DNA from: a virus
Strand: one strand, 5' to 3'
IMG/VR virus record: IMGVR_UViG_3300010401_000033
Span: 70,940-134,939 of that record
Length of the DNA stretch: 64,000 nt
The position numbers and the translations under genes are program-made. Shown piece after piece: positions 49,012 to 58,756 of the stretch; within the stretch, counting starts at the first letter, position 1; the number at the start of each line of letters is the position of its first letter. Under the pieces are notes generated by a model. That model worked only from the letters and a program-made list of their open reading frames with translations. It made no database searches and was not told the origin of the DNA.

Positions 49012-49668
49012 CTACAGGATTTTTGTGAGTATACCATCGGCTAACTTATACTTGATCGCTTCCTCTGCGGTCAGCCACGCATCGGATGGTTGTAACAATT
49101 TGTCCTTAATCTTCTTCTCGGTGATCCCACAACGTTTCGTGAGTAGGTTGTTCACACGGGCTCTGCAATATCCCAATTCAATCATAGAGGCTTTCAACTC
49201 GTGTTCCTTACCCTCCATGTCGGAATAGAATTCGTGCATCATGATCCCAGTGTGTTGCGCCACATAACGGTGTCCGGCTTCTCCACATGCGAAGATCAAT
49301 GCAGCGGCAGACATGATGTTACCAATACCCACGGTGTGAACAGGAATCGTACTTACCATCATCATATCGACCAGAGCGAAAGCGTTGTACAGGTCACCCC
49401 CTCCCGAATTGATGTATAAGGTCAGATGATCTGGTCGTTCGGTGTTCGTATGCTCAAAGACGATCCACTGGATGGCACGACTGATATTCTCATACCCAAT
49501 ATCCCCAGTGAGGAAGTGGGTGTGGTGTCCAAGTAACCCCTGGCCGATCATGTCGGCATCTGCCATAGGTTCTTGAACGATTATGGTTGTTTCAGAAGGT
49601 TCGGCGTTGTGGTTTGGTACAACCACTGTGTCGGCTTTTTGCTGATCGGGCTTCTTTGTTCGTGCCAA
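49012..49668 (-). CDS. clpP: ClpP-family protease
   Basis: LYINSGGG, MSAAAL (Ser), IMMHE (His), D.WLTAEEA..Y.LAD. Confidence 0.9.
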   Translation of the reverse strand: MARTKKPDQQKADTVVVPNHNAEPSETTIIVQEPMADADMIGQGLLGHHTHFLTGDIGYENISRAIQWIVFEHTNTERPDHLTLYINSGGGDLYNAFALVDMMMVSTIPVHTVGIGNIMSAAALIFACGEAGHRYVAQHTGIMMHEFYSDMEGKEHELKASMIELGYCRARVNNLLTKRCGITEKKIKDKLLQPSDAWLTAEEAIKYKLADGILTKIL

Positions 49669-50372
49669 GGGTACTTCCTCTCCCCAGTGTAGGCTTGTTC
49701 GGACAATTTATTACCATGCAGAAACATGTCTTGTGTTGCGCGACTCGTCTCACTACCTAACCGATAGTTCACGGTATGTTGCATGGTGCACCCAAACTCA
49801 GGTGCCGCGGCTTTGACGGCTGCAAAGAATTGTCTATCTGCACCCCATTGTCCATACCAATTATGTCCGACCTTCACTGCCAATTCTCTTGGGATCGCAA
49901 AACATCCTGTATCAATATGGTGTCGTGTTCCTCCGCTAAACGACACAGGCCAGTGACCCAGGCTTTCACAGTTATCAGGTCCAACTAACGTACCATTTGC
50001 ATTCACAATGTTTCGGAGCGTGTACGCCCACCGATATTTAGGATCAAAGAATACTCTCTGGAACTCCTCAATATAATTGGGTTCTGCGAAGTTATCTTCA
50101 TCCAGGTAACACAGCACGTCCTCGTTCACTAGGAATGAAGCCGCAGCATATACCCGATGCCCATACCATTCCTTCCCCACATTCTCATCTAGGGAAATGA
50201 TTTTCATTTGCTGAGTCACCCCAGCACGGATCAACACACGATTGATCTTGGCAAAATGTTCCCTGCCATCCATCACAATGTAATGTGTACAATCCTGGCC
50301 ACGAAGAGACAATACGTTCTCTCTGAGCGCATCCGACCCAATCGTGGGAGTAATAACAGCAAAGGACTTCAT
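49581..50372 (-). CDS. glycosyltransferase family 2
   Basis: VITPT.G, YLDEDN (DxD), IDT.C, WGADR.F. Confidence 0.8.
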   Translation of the reverse strand: MKSFAVITPTIGSDALRENVLSLRGQDCTHYIVMDGREHFAKINRVLIRAGVTQQMKIISLDENVGKEWYGHRVYAAASFLVNEDVLCYLDEDNFAEPNYIEEFQRVFFDPKYRWAYTLRNIVNANGTLVGPDNCESLGHWPVSFSGGTRHHIDTGCFAIPRELAVKVGHNWYGQWGADRQFFAAVKAAAPEFGCTMQHTVNYRLGSETSRATQDMFLHGNKLSEQAYTGERKYPWHEQRSPISKKPTQWLYQTTTPNLLKQP

Positions 50373-50373
50373 C

Positions 50374-50898
50374 TTAAACCTTGATCGTGGCGCCTTCTGT
50401 CTTAACAACCTTGGCTTCACCCTTTGGAGGAGACACAGGTTCCGTAGTGACTACTTCAAATGGCAATTCAGGGAAGGCTTCCTTGACCAACCGAGCGGTC
50501 AAATAACGGACTTCCAAATCTTTCTTAAAGCACTTCACCAAGAGGGCGGCTTCATCCTTATGGACTGATCCAAGCACAGCATTCAAGATTCGCGCTTCTT
50601 TCTTCGCGTCCAACTTTGCGGTACGCTTTGGGTGCCCGGAAATAAAGATGTAGAGACGGCGCATCTCATTACTGAGACTGGAGTAACACACTCCTGCTGG
50701 CTCAACGGCAGGCTTGTAGTTTGGAATCTGAGAGATATCAAAGTGAATTTTGGGATTGAACGCATAGTTCAGGAATTCCTTGAACCAGATATTTTTTCCG
50801 TACTTTTGGAGGACGGCAACCCTCTGCTCTCGGTTCCTGGCTTTGTCAAATTCCTCAATAATCTCATTAAACAATACACTGGCGTAATTCATGGTCAC
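50374..50898 (-). CDS. conserved T4-like hypothetical protein next to rnh
   Basis: EI.E, P.YKP, L..E.RRLY.F, LV.EAFP pattern. Confidence 0.65.
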   Translation of the reverse strand: MTMNYASVLFNEIIEEFDKARNREQRVAVLQKYGKNIWFKEFLNYAFNPKIHFDISQIPNYKPAVEPAGVCYSSLSNEMRRLYIFISGHPKRTAKLDAKKEARILNAVLGSVHKDEAALLVKCFKKDLEVRYLTARLVKEAFPELPFEVVTTEPVSPPKGEAKVVKTEGATIKV

Positions 50899-50906
50899 CT
50901 CATTGG

Positions 50907-51758
50907 TTAAAAATCTTGTACGGCCTCTGTCAGTTCCTTCAAACCACTTGCCACCAGGTATTGCATGAAAAATCCACGCCCCTTGGGAATAGCGGCCTCA
51001 TAGGAGGTATTTATCCTGCCTTTTATCTCTGCGGGAATCTGTTTGAGGTCAATCAACGTCTCATTGCGCCTAAAATTTCTGAGCATATCTCCGCTGGTGC
51101 AGAAGAGGTCAATCGGCATATTGATCCACTCAATTAACTTCTTTTCCATGATGGGCTTCTGGCGTCCACCAGTGACAAATACATCATCCGGTGAGAGGAT
51201 GTTCGGCACTCCATCGCCTGTGTCTCCTCGAATGATCTGCTGCTTGAGAGTCGCATTCGGGAACTTATCCACGATCATTTTCTTGAGAAGCGGGGAGTAT
51301 TGAGAGACGTTCTTGTACACCTGGAGTTGGGCGAAATCCTTGTCACCTGAGACAATCATGACCTTCTCAGATGGACCATGCACATGCGCCAGGTGACCGA
51401 TGATATCGTCGGCTTCACACCCCTCAGCGTACACTACTTTGTAGGGAAGGCTTTTTTGGAGTTCTTCTTTGAGTTCATCCAGACACAAAAAGATTGAAAC
51501 CCAATTGAATCCAGACTTCGCTCGGTTCTTTTTTCGGTTGGCTTTGTAGTAGGGGAAAATTTCAGTGCGCCAATAGGTTCGGGCATCGTAAGCGATAACC
51601 ACTTCTCCATACTCACGCTTGAAACGCTTGATATTGGCACGAAGAGAATTGAGAATGACATGGCGAACCATATCAATGTTGGCATCGGCTTGTTTGGTCT
51701 GAGCGAGGTGCTCAAGGATGCAGGCATAAGCGATCTGTGAAAAATCAATCAAAACCAT
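50907..51758 (-). CDS. rnh: T4 RNase H (5'-3' exonuclease)
   Basis: LID.SQI, YWR...FPYYKA.R, EADDIIG, SGDKDF.QL, GD.GDGVPN. Confidence 0.95.
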   Translation of the reverse strand: MVLIDFSQIAYACILEHLAQTKQADANIDMVRHVILNSLRANIKRFKREYGEVVIAYDARTYWRTEIFPYYKANRKKNRAKSGFNWVSIFLCLDELKEELQKSLPYKVVYAEGCEADDIIGHLAHVHGPSEKVMIVSGDKDFAQLQVYKNVSQYSPLLKKMIVDKFPNATLKQQIIRGDTGDGVPNILSPDDVFVTGGRQKPIMEKKLIEWINMPIDLFCTSGDMLRNFRRNETLIDLKQIPAEIKGRINTSYEAAIPKGRGFFMQYLVASGLKELTEAVQDF

Positions 51759-51814
51759 TATATAATTCCTTCTTAGATAACCGCATTGAAAGCATTTGCC
51801 AAGCAAGAAAATCT

Positions 51815-52918
51815 CTATGCAATGACTCTCACCAATAGGGTTTCTTTGTTGACTCGCCCAGTGACCTTCGCATCCTTCGTAGTGAGTCCATCAAACAGAT
51901 TCTTCAATGCCACTTTCCCACTCGACAACACTTGCGGAAGAATTTCTTCGGGTTTCCTAAGTTTCTTTGCGCGGGATTTTTGTTTGGAGTAGTTGAGAAT
52001 CGCGCATCCCTTGGCACCCAATCCATCCGCATTGTCTGCGGCATAGAATGTCAGCATACGATTACCACGATGATAGGTCCAAAGTCCTTCACTGCCTATC
52101 ATACGAGTCGCCGGAACGGATTTGAGTTTCATTGCCTTATCTTCTGTACAAAACTTGAAAGACTTGACTTGCTGTTCGGGGGTTCGGGTGCGTTTCTTGC
52201 GGGGGGCTTTGTCTGCGTTCAACTCACCCATGACGGTAAGTGTATCGGAAATGATCTGATCGTAAAGGGCTTCCATTTTCTTCATCTGAGGTTCGGTATA
52301 GTTGCTATACCCCTCATTGACCTGTTCATCGGTTCCAGCAATGGCAAGGCGGAATTCGTCTCTGCAACGCTTGAAATGGTTGACGATAGAAGGGCCTTGG
52401 AGGGCTTGTACGCCCTTTTCTCGCATAAGTTGGAGTGTATTGGGGACTTTCTTGAAATCTGACAAAATAAGGGAATCTACCGCACCTTCCAGCCATCCGA
52501 TACTTTCCCTTGATTTCTCTTTGAGACGGTCTTGGATTGTGACGGGCTTTGCTGGTTTTCCAATGGGTTTATCGGTATCAACCTTCTCTTCAACCAGGGT
52601 GCCTGACATAGATTTGAGGTGCTTGGAGAGCCAGGCCATGGATTTGTTATCCAGGATTGCGCCTCTGGAAAGCATACGGCAGACAAATCCCACTGTGGCG
52701 ACCTGCTGTTCAATCTGCTTGGCGCTGGCTTTAATCCCCTGTGACTTGCAGTATTCAGTGAGATATTTGTAGGAAACTTCCTTTTCCTTAAATTGGTTAT
52801 ACCAATTCAAAGCAAGGTTGAGTTCCGCTTGTGACAACTCCATGAAGCCGAACGTCGGTTCTTCCTTCGAGAGGAGTTCATTGACCCGCTGATTTGTAGT
52901 CTGGCGCTTGAGTTTCAT
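51815..52918 (-). CDS. conserved T4-like hypothetical protein
   Basis: ALNWYN, D....EGY, KLRKPEE.L, GR.N..T.L. Confidence 0.7.
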   Translation of the reverse strand: MKLKRQTTNQRVNELLSKEEPTFGFMELSQAELNLALNWYNQFKEKEVSYKYLTEYCKSQGIKASAKQIEQQVATVGFVCRMLSRGAILDNKSMAWLSKHLKSMSGTLVEEKVDTDKPIGKPAKPVTIQDRLKEKSRESIGWLEGAVDSLILSDFKKVPNTLQLMREKGVQALQGPSIVNHFKRCRDEFRLAIAGTDEQVNEGYSNYTEPQMKKMEALYDQIISDTLTVMGELNADKAPRKKRTRTPEQQVKSFKFCTEDKAMKLKSVPATRMIGSEGLWTYHRGNRMLTFYAADNADGLGAKGCAILNYSKQKSRAKKLRKPEEILPQVLSSGKVALKNLFDGLTTKDAKVTGRVNKETLLVRVIA

Positions 52919-52989
52919 AATACCTTTCAGGTTGCACGACTATTTAGTGAATAGTGTATCACACTGGACTCGGTAAAGCAAGAACTTTT

Positions 52990-53397
52990 TCAGAGCGGTA
53001 GGTCAGCATGGAATTTAGTGTAACGATCTCGAATCATGCGCTCAAGGTCTGGATCGCGGTACCTGTAGTTATCCGGTATCTGTAGACAGATTACTGGTGT
53101 CTTGAGTTTCGCCGCAAATAATCGTTCCTTGACCTCATCAGCCTGGTCGTCTGTCATACAGACGAATTCATCCGCCCATTCGAGTAGCACGTCATCCAAT
53201 GGAATAAGGGCAAACTCCGGCGTGATCACTGCGGCACGGGTATTGAAGTTCCAGGGTTCGCCAGCAAGCACGACGGCTGCGGTGGGGGACCGCAGCAATC
53301 CTGCCGAGCAGACACATACCACTCGCTTGTGTTCAGCGATATTTTGATATCGATTTTGGCAGTTGCCTAATCGATTCATCAGAAATGGGTCCATCAT
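52990..53397 (-). CDS. low-molecular-weight phosphatase-like protein
   Basis: CSAGLLRS (CX5R), L.IPD.Y.YRDP.L. Confidence 0.8.
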   Translation of the reverse strand: MMDPFLMNRLGNCQNRYQNIAEHKRVVCVCSAGLLRSPTAAVVLAGEPWNFNTRAAVITPEFALIPLDDVLLEWADEFVCMTDDQADEVKERLFAAKLKTPVICLQIPDNYRYRDPDLERMIRDRYTKFHADLPL

Positions 53398-53495
53398 TGT
53401 CCCTTTCCAAAATACTCTCGATAGACTGCTGAGAGCGCATAAAGTATAACCACAATGAATGCGGTGTTCACAACAAATTCAAGGAACAATCCCAT
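53394..53495 (-). CDS. small membrane peptide, 33 aa
   Basis: MGLFLEFVVNTAFIVVILYALSAVY...; coupled to both neighbours. Confidence 0.45.
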   Translation of the reverse strand: MGLFLEFVVNTAFIVVILYALSAVYREYFGKGQ

Positions 53496-53496
53496 G

Positions 53497-54669
53497 TTAT
53501 CCTTTCACGCACAAAATCTGGCGAAGTTGCGCGACGACCCTCACGAGGTCATTTTGATTTTCCATGACCCGGTCGATGTCCTTGTACGCCCCAGGCAATT
53601 CATCCAAGATACCTGCATCCTTACGACACACGATACCCGCCGTCTGCTTCTCAGCATCCTCTAAGGTAAAGGCTGACTTTGCCTTTGAGCGCGACTTGAC
53701 ACGACCTGCGCCGTGTGAGCACGAACAAAACGATTCAGGGTTTCCCAAACCTTCAACGATATAAGATCGGGTGCCCATCGATCCAGGAATAATACCAACA
53801 TCACCAATGCGAGCACGAACAGCCCCCTTACGGGTAACAATGACATTCTCGCCATAGTGATTTTCCTTTTCCGCATAGTTGTGGTGACAGTTCACCATGA
53901 GTTCAGGACCCATGTCGGCATCCTTGATATCCGTGCCAAAAATCGTCTTGGCCACTGCATCACGCACCAAGCGCATCATGAGTTCGCGGTTCTTCATCGC
54001 GTACCTCTGTGCCCACTGCAAATCACGCCAGTATTCATCATACAACACAGAACCCTCCGCAAGGTAGGCAAGGTTCGGGTCATGTAACTTTATCATATAC
54101 TGGTTCATGACTTCCTTCGCACGATCAATGTAGTAGTTCCCGATCTTGTTACCAATACCGCGGGAACCCGAGTGCAACATGATCCACACATTATCTTCCA
54201 AGTCAAGGCACACCTCAATGAAGTGGTTTCCGCCACCCAAGGTGCCTAACTGCTTCCCAATGCGCTCCGGGTTATCCTGAACCTTCTTCGGGAGGTGGCT
54301 CACGTCAACCAAATCAACCATAGAATGATTGTGCATATCCTGTCCAACGGGAACCGCCTTGCAAATCGCATCGTAGACTGCCTGAATGTTATCTGATACA
54401 CGCTTCCAGGGGCGCGGCATACGAGCCGCCATCATACCGCATCCAATATCCACACCCACACACGCCGGGACAATGGCACCCTTCGTGGCTACCACAGACC
54501 CTACAGTCGCCCCGATACCATAATGCACGTCCGGCATGACAGCCACATGCTTAAATATGAACGGGAGAGACGCCGTGTTGCGTAACTGATCTAACGCCGA
54601 CGATTCAACTTCGTGGATCGGCGACCAAATCTTAATTGGCTTATGAGTTCCGGTCTGTAAAACGTTCAT
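53497..54669 (-). CDS. rtcB: RtcB RNA ligase
   Basis: MPDVH.G.G, VGVDIGCG, GTLGGGNHF, HSGSRG, HHN, IPGSMG, SHGAGR. Confidence 0.96.
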   Translation of the reverse strand: MNVLQTGTHKPIKIWSPIHEVESSALDQLRNTASLPFIFKHVAVMPDVHYGIGATVGSVVATKGAIVPACVGVDIGCGMMAARMPRPWKRVSDNIQAVYDAICKAVPVGQDMHNHSMVDLVDVSHLPKKVQDNPERIGKQLGTLGGGNHFIEVCLDLEDNVWIMLHSGSRGIGNKIGNYYIDRAKEVMNQYMIKLHDPNLAYLAEGSVLYDEYWRDLQWAQRYAMKNRELMMRLVRDAVAKTIFGTDIKDADMGPELMVNCHHNYAEKENHYGENVIVTRKGAVRARIGDVGIIPGSMGTRSYIVEGLGNPESFCSCSHGAGRVKSRSKAKSAFTLEDAEKQTAGIVCRKDAGILDELPGAYKDIDRVMENQNDLVRVVAQLRQILCVKG

Positions 54670-54677
54670 GATACTCC

Positions 54678-54872
54678 TTAGAAAACGTAGTTCTTCTTCT
54701 TGCGCTTGTAATCTTCCTCAATCCACTTCACTTGTCGTGCTGAGAGGAGAGGGGAGACAAATCCTGTGACAGTGGAGTACAACAGCGTCCCCTCGGTCGT
54801 CACAACCTTAAGGTGCTCGCCTGTGCGGCTCCAATCCAGTAACATATCAATATCTGAAATTTTCTCTGCCAT
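54678..54872 (-). CDS. hypothetical protein
   Basis: Operonic ORF. Confidence 0.5.
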   Translation of the reverse strand: MAEKISDIDMLLDWSRTGEHLKVVTTEGTLLYSTVTGFVSPLLSARQVKWIEEDYKRKKKNYVF

Positions 54873-54873
54873 C

Positions 54874-55317
54874 TTATTTCTCCTTCGGTAACTGATTCAA
54901 AAACACGTCCATTTCATGCTTGTAGGCACCCTGTGCCCACTTCATTCTCTTACGACCCTGATCTGTAGACATGAAATAGGTCCATGACTCAGCCTTATTT
55001 AAGCGTACAACTTCCAGCAATGATAACGCCATAACTAGATCGGCATGAAGCGCCTGATACTTCGCCTGTTGTTCTGTGGCTCTCTTCTCAAGTTCATGCG
55101 AATGGTCTTGTGCTGCCCTCGCCTTGGACCTCGCATCCTCTACATGCAATTGAAGTTCAGTGAGCGCCTTTACTTCTTCGGGGGCAACCTTCGCCGGCTT
55201 GTCGGAATAGGCTTCTTGCAGTTCCCGTTCGAGCCGCGCAGTCTCTTTCTGTGCGTCGGCAAGGTCTGCCTTGAGGTCCGCAATCTCTTGAGCGGTTTCA
55301 TCCATGACGTTATTCAT
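54874..55317 (-). CDS. coiled-coil hypothetical protein
   Basis: Start reassigned to the ATG overlapping the ligase end. Confidence 0.55.
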   Translation of the reverse strand: MNNVMDETAQEIADLKADLADAQKETARLERELQEAYSDKPAKVAPEEVKALTELQLHVEDARSKARAAQDHSHELEKRATEQQAKYQALHADLVMALSLLEVVRLNKAESWTYFMSTDQGRKRMKWAQGAYKHEMDVFLNQLPKEK

Positions 55318-56467
55318 AATCACGTACAGCAATGCCGACAGGGAAAATCGGAATGCCATCGTCACTCAAACATTGATAGCGAACGGTCAGTTCCTTCCCA
55401 AAATAACTCTTACGATTCTGCCATTGTTCCTCACGGACTGAATCCTCGCCTTTGCATCGCACGTCAAATTCCTGCTTGTTCTTTGTTTGGCAACGGAAAA
55501 TGGCTTTCCCTTCATCCTTCCCTGTACCTTCTTTGCACCCGACAATCACGAATTCATCGTCAATGAAATCCTTATGCTTCTGCAATTGGTTATCACGGTA
55601 CTGAAAGTTGTAGGCTTCATTACCACCAGAGCGTATAATGGAACCTTCGTAGCCTGCTTGTGTGTAGGCACTGTGTACCTTGTCAATGTCCTTTGGAGAC
55701 AGAATCTTGATCGTCTCGACCAACCGGAGATAGTTCAACCCATTCGGAATCTGTGAACGATAACTGAGGTAACGGTCCGCAAATCCCCACTTGAGGGTGG
55801 TTGGACGATCATAACAATGGAACTTCACGTATCGCTTCAATTGCTCAACGTCCGGGTGCTTTTCATCCTTAATCAGCGACATAAGTTGCTGGAAGGTGAG
55901 TTCTCCGTGGTTATACATTTCCCCATCAAGGATATCCCCATCCTTCATGAAACTCAAAAACTCCTGCTCCATATAGAGATTGAAATTCTTGTACTTCTTT
56001 GCCTTGCGGGACCAGAAGGTAATTGTGTCACCTGTACGCTGAACGAGGCAACGGACTCCATTCAACTTCGGCTGAATGAAGGCTGGCCAGACGATATACT
56101 TGGCTCGTTCCTTGTACTTCTGTGCCAACATGGGCAGTAACTTGAGTTCAATCTTGGCATCCGCCGAAGGCTTTGTCTCCGTATAGTTCTTGTCGTGCTG
56201 TTTCTTCCACTTTGACTCTGCCTCTAAGAGCGCCTGCTCATAAGGGGTCGTCTCATTGGCTTTACCAGTGTTCTTTCCCTCACGAATCGTCTCAGGTGAC
56301 TCCTGAATCTTACCATCAAGTTGTCCATGACGAATCATGATAACCGGGGCATTGGAATGCTTCTGGACACTGATCTCCCATACCTTTATCACACCCTTTG
56401 AGGAAGTGCCATAGAGGGTGGGGAAGGTATCAACCGTTTTCGTCTTATTGCTTTTGTAAATCGTCAC
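55310..56467 (-). CDS. ATP-dependent DNA ligase
   Basis: PMLA, QPKLNGVR (motif I), LDGE.Y, EG..IR, K.K, P.FPV...RDYE. Confidence 0.9.
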   Translation of the reverse strand: MTIYKSNKTKTVDTFPTLYGTSSKGVIKVWEISVQKHSNAPVIMIRHGQLDGKIQESPETIREGKNTGKANETTPYEQALLEAESKWKKQHDKNYTETKPSADAKIELKLLPMLAQKYKERAKYIVWPAFIQPKLNGVRCLVQRTGDTITFWSRKAKKYKNFNLYMEQEFLSFMKDGDILDGEMYNHGELTFQQLMSLIKDEKHPDVEQLKRYVKFHCYDRPTTLKWGFADRYLSYRSQIPNGLNYLRLVETIKILSPKDIDKVHSAYTQAGYEGSIIRSGGNEAYNFQYRDNQLQKHKDFIDDEFVIVGCKEGTGKDEGKAIFRCQTKNKQEFDVRCKGEDSVREEQWQNRKSYFGKELTVRYQCLSDDGIPIFPVGIAVRDYE

Positions 56468-56859
56468 TTTGATTCTCCTGGAAAAAGGTTTCCACCTGTG
56501 AATATATTCAACAACTGTCTCTTAGCCTGTAGCAACTCTGCTTTGGCATCTAAGGCAGCATCTATCTCTTTCAAAAACCATGATATTTGGTGATTGTTGC
56601 GAGCCGTCAACTCCCCTTCAAGGAATCGCTTCTCAAGTTGCTGCATAAGGTGGTTATACTTTCCACCATCCCCACTTGGTCCGGTGACCGTCGCATACAA
56701 CCTATTCAAATCCTCAATACGTTGCCTCAAATCCGTGATGGCACGGCAGGCAATTTCATGAGTCGGGGTCGCCAACATTTGGTTAGCGACCTGTTTGCGA
56801 TATTCCGGGTCGTCGTATCGGCTCACATTTTGATCGACAAAAGGCATCTCATTACTCAC
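56464..56859 (-). CDS. hypothetical protein
   Basis: Operonic ORF. Confidence 0.55.
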   Translation of the reverse strand: MSNEMPFVDQNVSRYDDPEYRKQVANQMLATPTHEIACRAITDLRQRIEDLNRLYATVTGPSGDGGKYNHLMQQLEKRFLEGELTARNNHQISWFLKEIDAALDAKAELLQAKRQLLNIFTGGNLFPGESK

Positions 56860-57781
56860 ACTTCAAAAGATGTAACAACAGACTATCCACTAGTGCACCG
56901 TCTACCTCTTCGGGTAACGTAGAATTCTTGGAGAGCAATTCTACTTCTTCCATGAGGGTATCAAGTTTGGGGGCCACTTCGTTTACAAAATGCAGTGCCC
57001 CACTCTTTACAGCACGGAGAAATTCTGTCTCAGGCAACGGATAGGTGAAATCCCCATCCTTAAGGATACCGCGCACTTGATACGCCGCCCTGAACGCATG
57101 GCTTATGGCTTTCCAGTCTACCCCTTCGTTCGTCTCGGCTTGTTTGGCACGGGCGCCATAATTCTCCACAAAACGCTCCACCATAGATACATAATGTCCA
57201 GTGGTTGCATTCAGGGTCATTTTCTTTCCGCACATTTCATAGAACGTTACACCCTCAGCGGTCATGAGTCCACAATGCTCACCCGTAGGGAGCGTGAGAC
57301 GAACATCATTTACCTTTGTATCTGGGTGGTTCGCTTTGAGGATATCCAATACTGCCTTGGCTTCCGCAAGTCGTGAACCCTTCACCCCATACTTTGCGGC
57401 TTGCTTCCGAGCATAGCCTACCAATGAGGAGAGATTCTTGGTGTAGAACATCCTGCGGTTAGCAACCAAACATTCCCAATGCCAGGTATAGGATAACCAG
57501 GCAGACTTGGGTGCATGGAGCATATCCAGGGCAACGGTTTCCCCCTTCTTGGCTAACTCCAAAAAGTAGTGCAGGGAATACGTTTCCTTGTCGGTGTCCT
57601 CAGAGGTATTCTTTTCGTTGGAATTCAACTTAGTGTTTTCGTTGATAGACTTTGGGAACCTTCCCAAAAGCATATCATCAAAAGAAGGCATGTACACACC
57701 CTTGTAGTCTTTGTCGGACGAGGGGCTTGACGTGCCGTAGAGGTGGGAACCGAAAACCATTTCAACTAGATTCGTTCGCAT
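56852..57781 (-). CDS. Pol-beta-superfamily nucleotidyltransferase (T4 NrdC.11-like)
   Basis: FGSHLYGT....SD.D.KG, YA.KQA.KY..KGSRL, DWKA.SHA.R. Confidence 0.85.
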   Translation of the reverse strand: MRTNLVEMVFGSHLYGTSSPSSDKDYKGVYMPSFDDMLLGRFPKSINENTKLNSNEKNTSEDTDKETYSLHYFLELAKKGETVALDMLHAPKSAWLSYTWHWECLVANRRMFYTKNLSSLVGYARKQAAKYGVKGSRLAEAKAVLDILKANHPDTKVNDVRLTLPTGEHCGLMTAEGVTFYEMCGKKMTLNATTGHYVSMVERFVENYGARAKQAETNEGVDWKAISHAFRAAYQVRGILKDGDFTYPLPETEFLRAVKSGALHFVNEVAPKLDTLMEEVELLSKNSTLPEEVDGALVDSLLLHLLKCE

Positions 57782-57790
57782 TATGATATA

Positions 57791-57839
57791 AGTATAACAG
57801 ACTTAGAGGGAGTTGTCAAGTGGGTTAAGTGGTTGATTT
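57791..57839 (-). promoter_or_regulatory. early promoter with upstream 14-mer; near-leaderless transcript
   Basis: AAATCAACCACTTA-N6-TTGACA-17-TATACT, then TATATCATA-ATG. Confidence 0.75.
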
Positions 57840-57884
57840 TATTGAGCATATGGGGACGTATCGGATTAAATACATCAAAAGAGT

Positions 57885-57892
57885 TATAAATA
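57885..57892 (+). promoter_or_regulatory. late promoter TATAAATA
   Basis: Exact consensus upstream of the plus-strand fibre cassette. Confidence 0.75.
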
Positions 57893-57924
57893 GGAGAGTT
57901 TCGTTTTGGTTTGCTGAGGATACC

Positions 57925-58122
57925 ATGTCAAATGTTACCTACCGAGTATTCCTTGAGAAATTAGGCGGAACTGATCCACTCACCTTCATCGGAAATCATG
58001 GTGATCTTTTCTATGATCCCTTTGATGGGGTCCTGAGAGTATCAAACGGTGAGACCCAAGGCGGCACAACGATTAGTGGTGCCAACGCATCCATAACAGT
58101 AGTTGACGGAGGACTCTTCTAA
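57925..58122 (+). CDS. small fibre protein (Mtd_N/hyaluronidase-N-like), ending in DGGLF
   Basis: FIG..GDLFYD...LRVSNG.T.GG; start at 57925 with GAGGA SD. Confidence 0.65.
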   Translation: MSNVTYRVFLEKLGGTDPLTFIGNHGDLFYDPFDGVLRVSNGETQGGTTISGANASITVVDGGLF

Positions 58123-58676
58123 TGCAAATTCAAATTAAACATTCAGCAAATACCGGCAATACTCCTGTCTCTCTTGCAAACGGTGAATTGGCACTTAACT
58201 TTGCCGATCAAATTCTCTATTACAAACACGCCAACGGGTCTATCATCCAATTAGCGAATGGCGCTCAATTAGGTGTAGACGATTATGCTCGCCTCCGTGC
58301 AAACGGTGCGTTTGACACTGCCAATGCAGCCTACGACAAGGCGAATGGTGCCGCGCAGTTTTCATTCTCCACAATCAATGTGGCGGGGCAATCCGATATC
58401 GTCGCGGATTCAAACAATGACACACTGACTCTTGAAGCCGGAGCGGGTATCTCCATCACCACAGATGCCCCAAACGATACCATCGTCATTTCATCCACAG
58501 CGACCGCCCCAAACATTTTCCAGACCTTTGCGGTTGCTGGACAAAACAATGTGGTTGCAGACTCCAATACGGACACTCTAACCCTAGTGGCAGGAGAAAG
58601 TATCAGCATCATCACCGACCAAGCGAATGACTCAATCACCTTCGCGGTCACAACCATAGATGGTGGTACATTCTAA
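58122..58676 (+). CDS. short fibre protein sharing modules with 4996-9681
   Basis: IKHS...P.SL.NGELA.N N-terminus, two VAGQ..ADSN.DTL modules, DGGTF end. Confidence 0.75.
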   Translation: MQIQIKHSANTGNTPVSLANGELALNFADQILYYKHANGSIIQLANGAQLGVDDYARLRANGAFDTANAAYDKANGAAQFSFSTINVAGQSDIVADSNNDTLTLEAGAGISITTDAPNDTIVISSTATAPNIFQTFAVAGQNNVVADSNTDTLTLVAGESISIITDQANDSITFAVTTIDGGTF

Positions 58677-58756
58677 CACTTCATGGTCGTCAAAGTCAAG
58701 CATTCTTCCAACACCGGGAATACTCCTGTCTCTCTTGCAAACGGTGAATTGGCACT
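58158..58756 (+). repeat. 38-bp exact direct repeat (58158-58195 and 58719-58756)
   Basis: aatactcctgtctctcttgcaaacggtgaattggcact occurs in both fibre gene starts. Confidence 0.9.

Noticed and set aside
52953-52985. MotA-box middle promoter (TTGCTTTA...TACACT)
   Set aside because: Single instance; the 17-nt spacing fits an ordinary weak sigma70 promoter equally well
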